Below are positions 49,142-60,225 of a stretch of DNA of 64,000 nt, one piece after another (position 1 is the stretch's first letter; every line of letters begins with the position of its first letter). Under the pieces are notes generated by a model that was not told the origin of the DNA, made no database searches, and was given only the letters and a program-made list of their open reading frames with translations. The stretch spans positions 1,612,001 to 1,676,000 of the forward strand of contig NW_027117341.1 in the NCBI RefSeq assembly GCF_038025025.1, in the 5' to 3' direction. The translations under genes were made by a program, and so were the position numbers. This stretch comes from Phyllosticta citribraziliensis. Its lineage: Eukaryota.

Positions 49142-49857
49142 CATCTACCTCCACACACAAACCGCAGCGGAGAAACAGCCCGGCCCGCCGCGCTATCTAT
49201 CTACTTATCTATCCGGCATCCGGTATCTACAAGCAAGCCGGAGCCGGGGAAGAAAGGCAAAAAAAAAAAAAAGAAAAGAAAAAAAAAGGAGAAAGCCAAG
49301 CTACAGCTGCGGTACCAAGAAGCTAGGACGACAGCCCTACGCATTAAGCATACAGTTATCCGAACAAAAACGAAACAGAATCCGAGGACGGATACGAATC
49401 GCCTCCTTCTCCTCCTCCTCCTCCTGTTTTGCGTCTGTGTCTGCGTTGGGGTTGCGTTGCGCAAATGCCTACCTCATGGAGTATGTACTGTAGCTAGAAA
49501 GTCCGCATCAGACTCGTCATCACGATGGCACGCGATTGTCGCTTTGGCCAAGTTGTAGAGTCCAAATTTATATTCCTATGTTACACAGCTAGAAGCTAGT
49601 TCGCGCCCTACACCAAGTATACAAGGGTTGCTCGCGGCACGAAAACATGAACAAAGAAGAGTGCTTAACAGAGACTGTAGCAATTTGATTCCAACCCACC
49701 ACTCGTCCACCACCACCACCACCACCACCACAACGCCATGGACCGTCTGCGTCTGTTGTATTTGTTCACAGATACGATCCGCTATGCAGAGTTGATAAGG
49801 TGTTACAAGGTGCGCGCAGGAAAAGCGAGTCACTCCTCGCCCTCACATACACACCAC

Positions 49858-51094
49858 TTAGTGGTTCTGGGAAGCCTGCTGGAGCTGAGCGTGGGCCATG
49901 ACGACAAAGTTCTTGGTGGCCTCGCCAGCAAGAGCCCAAAGCTCAAACGCCATGACGTGCACGGCGAGGAAGAAGATGGCGGTGGAGACGAGGAAGATCT
50001 TGACGTAGAGCTTGATGAGGCGGAGGCGAGCCTCGCGGTTGAAGCTGCGCCAGGCATCCATGAAGCCAATGGCGCCCGAGCCGCCCAGGACCTTGGGGAC
50101 GACCTTGCCGTCAAAGGTGCGGTCAAAGGGGATGATGGTGTCATCCTCGTCGGGGAGCATCGACGCCTCCACGCGGACGAGCTGGACTTTGGCGGGCAAG
50201 ACGACAAAGAGAGCGACCGTCACAAGAGCGCCAATCACACCGGCGATGCGGAGACCAGCGAACCACCTCGCCGAATTCGCCATGTCGGTGTTGGAGACAC
50301 GGGCGAGGTCATGCTGGACAAGCTGTCCACTGCAGCCAGCCTGGAAGAAGACGAGGAGCTGAACAGCCTCGTAAACCATGGCAGGGAGCCACAGCTGCTT
50401 GTAGGAGCCCTTGATGGCGGCGTAGCGAGCCATGAACTTCTTGCCAGGCATGGCAATGGTCGCATGGGTCCAGATCATGTGCATGGGCGCCGTAACAATG
50501 GCCACGAGAATGCTGTTGAGGATGATGCTAAAGGGCAGCATGATGCGAGGCATGATAGCGTTCAGCAGGGACGTCGAGGCGCCAACGGCCATGACGTAGA
50601 GAAGACCGAAGAGCATGCCACGGAAGCGAGCGGTCCAGCCAGCCTGGCTCGTAATGTGCTTGATGGTGCTGCGAATCTTGGAGGTGATGGGCTTGGTATT
50701 GACGATGGTCATCTTGGGGAGGGCGCCACCGAGGAAGGCCTGGGCCTCGGCCTGCTTGTCGGACACGTCGACGCGGGCTTCATCGTCGTCGGCGTCGGCA
50801 ACGGTAATGGTAACGGCGGTGGCGGGAGACTCGATGATGCAGAGAGTGGAGACGACATGGCGAAGGGTGTATTGCACCTGCGAGGGTATTAGCGACTCGA
50901 GTCAGGACACGGTCTGGGGCAAAGCGTACCAAAGAGTAGAAGAGGAGGAGCGCAAAGGCGGTAGAGTAGATGACGGCCAGAGAGCCTGTCGAGATCTTGG
51001 GGCCTTCAGCGTCCGAGGGCTGGTTGCGGTGCGTCTGAGCGTATTCGACTCCGCGACGCACGGCGTGGTGCATGAGGCGATCGGTGACGCCCAT
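49858..51094 (-). CDS. Conserved fungal multi-pass membrane protein of unknown function
   Basis: Intron 50878-50929 joins the two ORFs. Motifs YTLRHVVSTLCIIE, KPITSKIRSTIKH, RFRG and RVEASMLPDEDDTIIPFDRTF; several hydrophobic helices. Confidence 0.8.
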
Positions 51095-52607
51095 GATGAG
51101 AGATCAAGGAGAGGCAAGCGGGACAGACGGGTGGGCTGTGTATTGGTGTGAGATGATCAAAAGCAGGAGAGCAGAGAGAAGTGAAGATGAAGAAGTGGGA
51201 GGGTGAGAAAAGGAGCCGGGCGCCGTCAGAAGTAGTGTTTGAACGGTCGTGTCGAAGGAGCGCGTAGGCAGGCAACAGCGCCGGCGGAGCAGGGCATCGG
51301 GCAGGGCATCCGGATGGCATGTCAGCCGAAGGAGCAGGAGCAGGTGCAGGTGGGGCCCATGACGATCTCCAAGAATAGGGCTGACCCGATCAGGACTAGC
51401 GCCACGGGGTCCTGCTCCAACACCACGACTAAACCATCGTCGCTCTTCCAACCAACTCTCCTCTTTCTCCCTTTACTCACCTGTTCATCTTTAGGTCAAA
51501 TCTCTTGCACCCGTGTTGCAACATCTCCTCCATGGACAACAACTGCGTCACTCCCATCAGACTATCAAACCAGCCATCCCAGCCCCGTTGCCCGTGAAGC
51601 ATTCGAGCATCTCCATCTTCATGTGGAACGTCGAGACTATCAGTGCCACCGCCTGCCAACATGTGCTTTTGCATTCTTTGACGCGCGTATCGGCAGCCCC
51701 CCACACCAAGCACTGGGGCATGGCGCGGAAGCATTCCTCTCGCCCACCTCTTCCATTCCACCTGATAGTCCCACGTCTTTGGGAAGTGGAACAACCTGCG
51801 ACCTTGGCATGTACGTCCACTGTCATTTTGCATCGGACCTCGCACCATCTGAAGTCATGGTAAAAGGCTGACTCGATGAAGCTAAATTTGGCTTCTTGCC
51901 AAGGAGCCCCCGTGTGGGCTTGACAATCTTGAACGGCTACTCAACTTGAGCGATTGTGGCCGCAACAACCACACACGCTGTACCAAGGCTCCAGACACGA
52001 GGTATGTTGCCGATCAGACGCTGCGGATTACCCGGCCCACGTCGACCAACGCGGTTCAAGTCTCTGGATACGGACAGTTGCTGTCCTCGTGCTTGAAGCT
52101 GTTGTTGACATGTACCATCATCCTTGCCCTCACAGGCTAAATGACGGCGGAGCTGTCGCAATCTTGCCTGAGCTCGGGAGTGCTCAAGTCCTTCTCGGGT
52201 TTCGCAAAACTGGCTGCTCGTTCATGAGAGCTGGCTGCTTTCGAGAAACACCTCAACGGCCAACTATGCGGGAGATTAACGGCGACGCAGATCATCCAGT
52301 GTCGCAGCCATGCGTCCCAACTCGTATTCCCAAAAGCAAGTTGTCGCCCGATATTGCCTTCTCATTATCAAAAGGAGGGGTATTTGGACCGAGAAGTTAA
52401 CGACCCGGCACGTTTTAGCTTCCCGCTAACCGAAAAGCCTCTCGTGTGAGCTGCCTGCGCTGGTTGGTGAGAATTCCCAAAGAAGATGAGCCTGGGGAAA
52501 GACGGCAAGGATGGAGATCCGGTGGTGTCCTTTGCTCTATGCTTAAAGAGCCGTCTGCGCCAAAGGGCCATTAACTTGGTACGGCTGAAAATCAACACCA
52601 TCAAATC

Positions 52608-53466
52608 ATGAAATCTCTCACATCGTCCTTCGCCTGCGTCTTGCTGCTTGGTGCGGCGGCTGCTCAAGAGATCAAGTTCTGCGGGTCGTCGTTGTTGCCC
52701 TACCAGGAAGTGACGGTAAGAAATCCAACAGATTAGGAGAATTTTCTGACACTACTAAACAGTACACCTGTGTTGACGACTATTTGCTCTGCCCAGTCAT
52801 TGCTGGCTTCAAATACAAGCGATGTGGTGACTCGTGCTATTCCGACTTGCAGTACAACTGCACGGATGACAAGATTCTTGCGGAGCTTCCACAACTGGAT
52901 AAATCTTTTCAAGTGGCCGTCTTGCGCAAGGACTTTGAATTCCTGGACGGCCAGATCATCAACGCAGTGGAATCAAAATTTGTCGTCGGCCAGAAGCCAA
53001 ATGTGTATTGTCCCTCTCCGCCTCTTCCGAGTTGCAACGACCTGAAGAACATTACCGTCTTTTCCGGGACACAACCCGGTGCTCTTTCTTCCAAGCGCGC
53101 CTCTTTGGTGAGTATTTCCAGAATTCATTTGCAGCGACTCAAGTGGTTGACTGGTTCCAGGATACCATAGTCCCAGGAGGGCAGCAAGGAGTGATTGAAC
53201 AGTCTGGTCTGTTTGGATACTCGATACCACACAGCGCCTTCATCCCTGCTGGCGAGTACAACGGACCTGGGGTGTTCAGGGCATACAAGGACGGCGAATT
53301 TATCTTTACTGGAGGAAAAGGATGGCGTGCGTGTCTAGTGGACGACAAAGGCTCTCTTGAGATTTTCCAGGAGATTGACGGCTACCAGCCGAAAGGATTG
53401 TGCATCGACATCAAGTTGGTCACGAAAGATCCAGGCGTCCCGGGGCCGTACGCCTGGTCGTACTGA
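52608..53466 (+). CDS. Small secreted protein: CBM52-like Cys-rich module plus a cell-wall/IgE-binding-protein-like domain
   Basis: Signal peptide MKSLTSSFACVLLLGAAAA; introns 52716-52762 and 53108-53160; CG..Y..YTC..LCP..CGDSCY..YNC; later CPSP and VPGGQQ..GYSIPHSAFIP. Confidence 0.75.
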
Positions 53467-54120
53467 AGCTGAACAAGGATATCAAGGGGCTGCGGATTGG
53501 GATGAGCTCAAATCAATTTCTGCTTACATGTCGAGTGGGGCAAAGGGCTGCGGAGGAGTGGGGAAGCGATGATTTTGTGAACCGGAGCTGCGACCAGTTG
53601 TTGAGTTCACAGGAGGATAATGGCAGGACAGATTGCACAGCTGAAGCGCCAGGCAGACTCGGTGATGACGTCTTTCCGTGCGGGCGGCGCCAGCGGCCGG
53701 GCTTCGTACGGGCGGGACATGGAGTCAGCACCGCAGGGCAGGGCATGTAGAGGCGCGGGGACAAGGGCGCCGTCAAGTGGACCGAAATTGAAGCCGTGAT
53801 CTGCCTGGAGTGGAGTGGAGTTGCAGAGGACGGACCACATGCAGAGAACGTGGACTGGACACTTTGGCGCTTTCTCGGATGCGGTAAGGTGTGGGCCAAG
53901 GAGTACGCAACAGCAGTAGGCACCTCTAGTCTCACCCGGAGGCCGCCATCCCAAGCCGCATCTCTACCACCACCCATCCCAAAAAAAACAATCCCGCCTT
54001 ATCGGTCCGCCCACGCATGGAGTTTGCCTCTGTCGCTTGCAATCTTTGCTGATTCCCCTCCTCCACCGCTGCAGTCCGCTCCCGTCCTCCATCGCGCCCC
54101 GCTGGCTGCTGTCACGGAGG

Positions 54121-56082
54121 ATGAACCCCACCAGCACCGAGCATTCCACCCGCCGGTCTTCCTCCCAGCTAACATCCGACTCCTCATTGCGTCCGCGGAA
54201 CAAGCGCCTCCTGTCCGGCCTCGACGAGGAGGACGAATTCGCCGTCCGCAGCCTCGAAGGCAGCCGCAACGCTTCTCCTTTCTCCCCCCGCTCCATCTCC
54301 CCCATACCGAGCCCAGGTCCCTCGAGGACTGGCTCATCCCTGGCCGCTCAACGAGCGGGATACTCAGGCACGACCTCAGCTGCCCGCGGCCAGAGCCCCG
54401 CTGGCTTTGCGCAAGATCCATTGTCGTCGCTGTCTGGGTCATGGAGCACGTTACAGGGCTTCGCTTCCAGCCTGCTCGGGAGCGCCGCTGGAGGGGCCGA
54501 GTCACCAAGAAGGAGAAGGCCCTTGGATTCCACGTCCAACCGCACGACTACATCCAGCGTACCGCCCGAATGGGGGCCGCGTGCTGAAAACAAGATCGGA
54601 GAAGGGTATGAGGATCGGGCTAGCCTTGTCAGGGCAATGAAGAGGAGGGACCTCCTGCAAGCCAACGGCCACCTGAATATGGATGCCACAGGAAGATTCA
54701 AGCGTAGAAACTCTGACGAACGAATATCGTCATCCGCGCCGCCGACGGAGCACGATGATCGAGAGGCCCTGGCTTACATTCACCGAGTCCGCCCCGAAGA
54801 CACCCTGGCCGGAATCACAATCAAATACAACTGCGACGCCGCAATGGTACGGAAAGCCAATCGCATGTGGCCGAATGACACTGTGCAATCACGGCGACAC
54901 CTTGTCATTCCAGTCGATGCCTGCGGCGTCAAGGGCAAACCGGTGCCTGCCCCAGAGCCTCCCACACCACAACCGCAGCAGCAACCGCAGCAGCAGTCCA
55001 ACGTAGAGGACGACCTTCTCCTTCCAACACCCAAAAGCGAATACCCAACCATTCACAGCACTAGCCTTCCCACCAACGGCTGGCATGGCCCTGCTTCCGT
55101 TTCCTCCTCCAACCTCAACCAATCCGGTTCCCAGGCCAACAACGCAGAACCGCCATGGCGCCACGAAGCCTGGGTACAATTTCCAAACAGCGACACGCCC
55201 GTGGAGATTGCACGTCTACACCGCCGCGATCTGGGCTTCTTTCCACCGGCACGGCGAAAGTCCCTCACCTACAGCGACACGACGCAGAGCGTTGGCGGTA
55301 GCACCGGCGGGCCGTCCCACACCCACACGCCATCGGCATCACTAGACCTCCAGCGCAGCGAGACTGCCACATCGACGACGTCCAGCGGCTCTCGAATCAC
55401 ATCACAGCAGCGCCACACCCGCACGCCATCCATCTCACAATCCTTCAAACTCGACGGCCCGGGGGGTGTGGGCACTTTTAATAGAAATGTCCGCAAGCCG
55501 GGCCCGGCACAAGACGGGCTCAACAAGCTCTTTGGCCAGCACCTCCCGAGCCTCGCGCCGCCGGCGGGCAAGGACTACTTTGGCACTTGGAACCCGGCCA
55601 CGCTCGAGGGCACGGCCGGCGCAGCAGGGCCCGGCGAAGGCATCTCGGGCGCCGCGACGCCGGTCGTGGGCGTGGGCGGCGTGGGCGGCAGCACCAGCGG
55701 CACCGGCTTCGACCTGGAGCAGGTGGGCGGCGCCATCGAGGGCTGGATGCGCAAAGTCGCGACCAAGGCCTCGAGCCTGGTGCCGCCGGCCGGCAGCATT
55801 CCGACAGTCAAATCGCCCGGTCTTGGGGCTACGAGAAGCCCTGGGGCCAGGGGTGGCGGTGCCAGTGGTGGTGGCGGCGGCGCAAACATGGCTATGGGCA
55901 TGGGCGGCGACATTAATGACTTGATTGAATTGACGGATTCCTTTGAAATCGGCGACGACGACGACGATGAGGCGGGCAGGGGGCGCGCGGCCAGTGGGCG
56001 AGCGGGCGGCTCGGCGCATTTGAGGAGGAGGGAGGGCAGAAGCGGGAGCGGGACGCCGGCGAAGAGCACGAAGGGCGAATGA
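54121..56082 (+). CDS. LysM (CBM50) domain protein, non-secreted, largely disordered
   Basis: YIHRVRPEDTLAGITIKYNC....RKANRMWPNDTVQSRRHLVIPV LysM motif; no signal peptide. Confidence 0.87.
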   Translation: MNPTSTEHSTRRSSSQLTSDSSLRPRNKRLLSGLDEEDEFAVRSLEGSRNASPFSPRSISPIPSPGPSRTGSSLAAQRAGYSGTTSAARGQSPAGFAQDPLSSLSGSWSTLQGFASSLLGSAAGGAESPRRRRPLDSTSNRTTTSSVPPEWGPRAENKIGEGYEDRASLVRAMKRRDLLQANGHLNMDATGRFKRRNSDERISSSAPPTEHDDREALAYIHRVRPEDTLAGITIKYNCDAAMVRKANRMWPNDTVQSRRHLVIPVDACGVKGKPVPAPEPPTPQPQQQPQQQSNVEDDLLLPTPKSEYPTIHSTSLPTNGWHGPASVSSSNLNQSGSQANNAEPPWRHEAWVQFPNSDTPVEIARLHRRDLGFFPPARRKSLTYSDTTQSVGGSTGGPSHTHTPSASLDLQRSETATSTTSSGSRITSQQRHTRTPSISQSFKLDGPGGVGTFNRNVRKPGPAQDGLNKLFGQHLPSLAPPAGKDYFGTWNPATLEGTAGAAGPGEGISGAATPVVGVGGVGGSTSGTGFDLEQVGGAIEGWMRKVATKASSLVPPAGSIPTVKSPGLGATRSPGARGGGASGGGGGANMAMGMGGDINDLIELTDSFEIGDDDDDEAGRGRAASGRAGGSAHLRRREGRSGSGTPAKSTKGE

Positions 56083-57021
56083 GCGATCGCTACCCATGCT
56101 GTTGTCGGGTCTGTGTCGCGAAAGATCTTTGCGTGTTTGACTGCAGGCGATGGATGGGTTTGGCATCATAGCAGCGCAGCGCAGCATGCCAGCAGCGGAC
56201 AGACGGACTGGAGACGACGACGGGGAACTTGAAGCCATCTATCACGACTCGACGCGAGAATCGATATCGACTACCCAGGCATAATGAACTTGTTGTTTGT
56301 CCTGTCCCACTGGAGGTGTGCATGGCTTCCATTCAGATCAATCCATACCAGTTTGCTCCCTACCTTCCTGTTCTGGCTGGCTGGCTGGCTGGCTCTTTTT
56401 CGTCGTCCGTTTCGGTCGTCTTCTCAAGTCTTCTCATCTACGTGCTTTGTGTCAGGGGTAGGTAGGTACCGCATCTTTCACGCCACCCGCCTACCTTGCT
56501 TTACCAGGACGGAAACGGCACCGTATCCAGCATGTCAGCGTCACGACATCGTCGGCTCTGGCCACCCAGGCGCTCTGTCTCTCGCAGCACACAGGTGGTA
56601 GAGGCGGCGGTGCTGTCTCCCCACAAGCACCTACCAAACACCCGCCCGCCGTCTGTCCACGCCCCGACCGTCGTCCTGCATGAAGCGCACGGTAGAAGAG
56701 CGGGCAAGCAAGACTGCACATATATGCTTCTGCTGGCCCCACCCCTCGTCGATTTCTCCTCGCCTCGCCGCTGCCTGGGCGAGATGAGCGTGTGCGGTAT
56801 TGTGGGACGCGCTACTTTTCGTCGTCTCGCCACCGACGCGCCCACCCAGGCGGCCAGCCAGCTCTGTCTTCTACATGCGGCCTCGTGCTGCTGCTTCTGT
56901 TGCTGCGGGGATGGTCCTGTTTTTATCTGTTGGTGTTGGGGTCATGTCATTGCTTGCTAGGATATCACTCTGGATCGTTGGTTGGTTTGCTGGACTCGAC
57001 TCCCTGCCCTGGCATATTTCC

Positions 57022-57045
57022 TTTTTTTTTTTTTTTTTTTTTTTT
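57022..57045. repeat. Poly-T tract (24 nt)
   Basis: Read directly from the sequence. Confidence 0.9.
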
Positions 57046-57525
57046 CCACGCGTGTGCGTATGGGCGTGTATGGGCATCTTTTCTCTCCTGTCTACCTACT
57101 CATCTCGCACTGCGCTACTGTAGGTCGGCACCTTTCTCTTCTTCTTTCTCGGCGTTGTTGCGTGTCCACCACCCGGCGTGCATTTACTTGTTTTCCACAA
57201 TTTAGCCCTCAATCTCATCTAGGACGGAGAAAGTGGTGGATGGATGGATAGATGCGATGATGCAAATGTTGGATTTGACGTTTCCATGTCAGTGCGTGCG
57301 TGATTGCTGTACAAACATACATAGTGTACTCGAGTGCTGCCGACGCGAGTCCTGCTCTGATCTCTTTTGCTCCGTCGCCTTTTTGTTTTTCATTCAACGC
57401 CGCTTACAATGCGTGCACCGCCTCGTGCCGTCTTCCGCCCATGCGCCGGCCATCGAACCACAACTCCGCTCGCCTACAACGACGACATGCTCCAGCATTT
57501 CCCCCACCGTCAACCCCACTTGCAC

Positions 57526-59068
57526 TTACACCCCCAACGCCCGCCTCAAACTGCACCCAAACACTTCAGCGTCAACGCCCCGCCCAATCAGCACAATCTT
57601 GCCGCCGCTCTGGCTCGCCGGCGCAGCGTCGCCAGGACTGTCCTTGGCGTCCAGGATCTCAAACACCTCGCGCACGCCCTGGATCAGTTTGAGCGGAGCG
57701 GAGGGATCGGCCATGGGCACGCGGCCCTTGGTGCGGTGGATTTCGAATTTGGGCGATGGGCCGTCGTCAGCGGCGGCTGGCAGCGTCTCGTCCCAGAGGA
57801 CGGAGCGCAGCCAGGCGTCAAGGGCGTCGAGGCCGGCGGCGGAGAGCGGCGGGATGGGGATGCTGATTGTGGCGATTGTCTAAGAAGTGGTTAGGTTGGG
57901 TTGCCGTCATTCTGGGCTGCGTCATGTCGTTGACGCGGGGAAAAGGGGGGCGTACAGGGTCGAGATGGCTGTGGCCTTTGGCCGCAAAGTCGAGTTCCTC
58001 TGCGCCGACGGCGTCGTACGCGTGCAGGTCGAGCAGCACGCCTTCGAGCTGCGGCACCTGGCTGTGGTTGGTGACGTGCACCTTTGCCAGGGCGTTGATG
58101 GCGCGGATGCGCGCCTCGACGTCGGCCAGCTCCTGCGGCGTGACGAGGTCGCTCTTGTTGATGACGACGACGTCGGCGTGCGAGATTTGCAAATGCGCGG
58201 TGGTGAGTTCGGGTCCGTCGTGGTCGTGGTCATCCGCCGCCGCCGCGGGCCGCTCCTCCAAGCTCTTGAGGATGTTTTTGGCGTCGACCAGCGTGACGAT
58301 GCCGTCGAGGTAGATGGAGCTGCCCAGCCCCTCGTCGACCCAAAACAGCGGCGCAATGTTGCCCGGGTCGGCGAGGCCCGTCGTCTCGAGTAGGACGTAG
58401 TCAAAGGCGCCGCGGCGCTCCATGAGCGACTCAATGGCCGTCACGCCGGCGTCTTTGACGGTGCAGCACAGACAGCCGTTGGCCAGGTCCAGCCATTCTT
58501 GCACCTGAGAACCCTCTTTCGAGACGGTCAGGGCCTTTTCAATGTCGGCAGCTGGGGAGGTGGTGGTCAGTCGGATCCAGCAGGGGCCAGGGGCAGGAGG
58601 GCTTTACAGTCTCCGAATTCTGCGCAGAGTCAGTGGGATTTGGCTTGGCGGCGCCTGAAGGGGGTTTACAAGCCATTGAGGATGACGGCAATCTTCTTGC
58701 CGTGTCGCTCGTTGAGGATGTAATTCAACAGCGTCGTCTTGCCGGCGCCGAGATAGCCTGGGCAGACGTCAGTGTTGGAGGGAGCAGCGGTGCGGAAATT
58801 GGAAGCGGGGAACGGGTGGTGGGTAGCCCCGACGGCCGATTGATTGCAAAGCCGCGCGACTAGTGGTGTAGCAGACGGGAGATGGGCGCCAGAAAGATGC
58901 ACAGTGCCCGAGCTGCGTACCGGTGACAATGGTGATGGGGACTTTGACAAGGGACAGGTCCTGGACGTCGGTGGAGAGTGTCTCGTCGGAGCCGGGGGTG
59001 ATGGGGGCTGCGGAGGGGTCGGCGGCGTCGACCAGCAGCGGGGGAGCTTCGTCGTCGTCGATGTCCAT
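57526..59068 (-). CDS. CobW/COG0523 zinc-chaperone GTPase (ZNG1-like)
   Basis: [33 protein letters not shown] and HRTKG motifs. Introns 58758-58920, 58620-58673 (GC-AG), 58552-58607 and 57880-57955. Confidence 0.92.
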
Positions 59069-59459
59069 TTTTGCAGGGCGGGGATGAGCGGGTGGAGGTC
59101 GAGGTCGAGGTGGAGGTCTGGTGGGTGATGTCGATGGCTCAAGCTGTCCTGCCGGCAGCGGAACAGTGCCGAGAAATTCCTTATCGATAGACTAATTCCG
59201 GGAATTTGATTGGCGCGCGGGCCGCTTGGTGCCATGACGCGCGTAGCACCTGAAACGGGACGCGCCCCAGATTGCACTGGGTGACTGGGTGCACTTGACA
59301 CTGACTCCCTCTGTCAGGTCAAGTCCACGTCCTGAGGCCAACTGGACCATTTTCAATTCCTGTCCTTGCTCCTCACCTCACCTCACCTCACCCCGTCACT
59401 CGTTTGCCGACCAACTTCTCCCTTCTCCATCCAATCCACCACCAACTACCACATTCGCC

Positions 59460-60225
59460 ATGCCTTCGCCAATCGTCAACGCCACCCTCCAAGCAGCACT
59501 GCTGTCCTCCATCTCCAACATCCTCGCCCAAATCATTGATGCGTACAAGGGCAACGTATGCCGCCCTGTCGCTCCTCCCACCCGCCAGCACACCAGCTAA
59601 TCCTCTCCGCTCGACAACAGCGGCCCTTTGCCTTCAACATTGTCGAATTCCTGCGCTTCGTCGTCCTGACCTTCATCACCGCTCCGCCCAACTACCATTG
59701 GCAAGGCTTCCTCGAGCGCACCTTTCCCGCCTATGCGCCCTCGGGCAAGGCCTCTTACAAGGCCACCGAGCTGGCCGACCGCGACGTCGAGGCCGGCGAG
59801 TCCAAGACCTCCCTCGACGATGGCGGCTACGTCTACGCCGACGACGAAAAGGACAAGCCCAAGCTCAACTGGAAAAACACCATGACCAAGTGGTTCATCG
59901 ACTGCATCACCATGGGCGCCATCATGAACACGGTCGCCTTCTTGGTCCTCATGGGCGTCATGAAGGGCCAGTCGAGCGCGCAAATCGGCAACAACATCCG
60001 CAGCGTGAGTCCCCTCCCTCGCTTCTTTACCACCATTTCTGGAATCCTCCCTGACCTGATGCTCGACAGGAGACCATCCCCATCATCGTCGCCGGCTACA
60101 AGGTCTGGCCCTTTGCCTCCATCATCAACTTCACCCTCATCCCCGTCGAGCGCCGCATCGTCTTCCTCAGTGCCATCGGCCTTTGCTGGGGCATTTACAT
60201 GTCGCTCGTCGCCGCGCGCGTCTAA
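59460..60225 (+). CDS. Mpv17/PMP22 family membrane protein
   Basis: SNILAQ, PPNYHWQGFLERTFP, KWFIDC and GYKVWPFASIINF..IPVERRIVFLSAIGLCWGIYMSL; introns 59556-59620 and 60005-60069. Confidence 0.9.

Noticed and set aside
47100..49850. Many short ORFs in a long spacer (similarly 56100-57500 and 60300-62800)
   Set aside because: Low-complexity, microsatellite-rich UTR or intergenic sequence with no codon bias or protein motifs.
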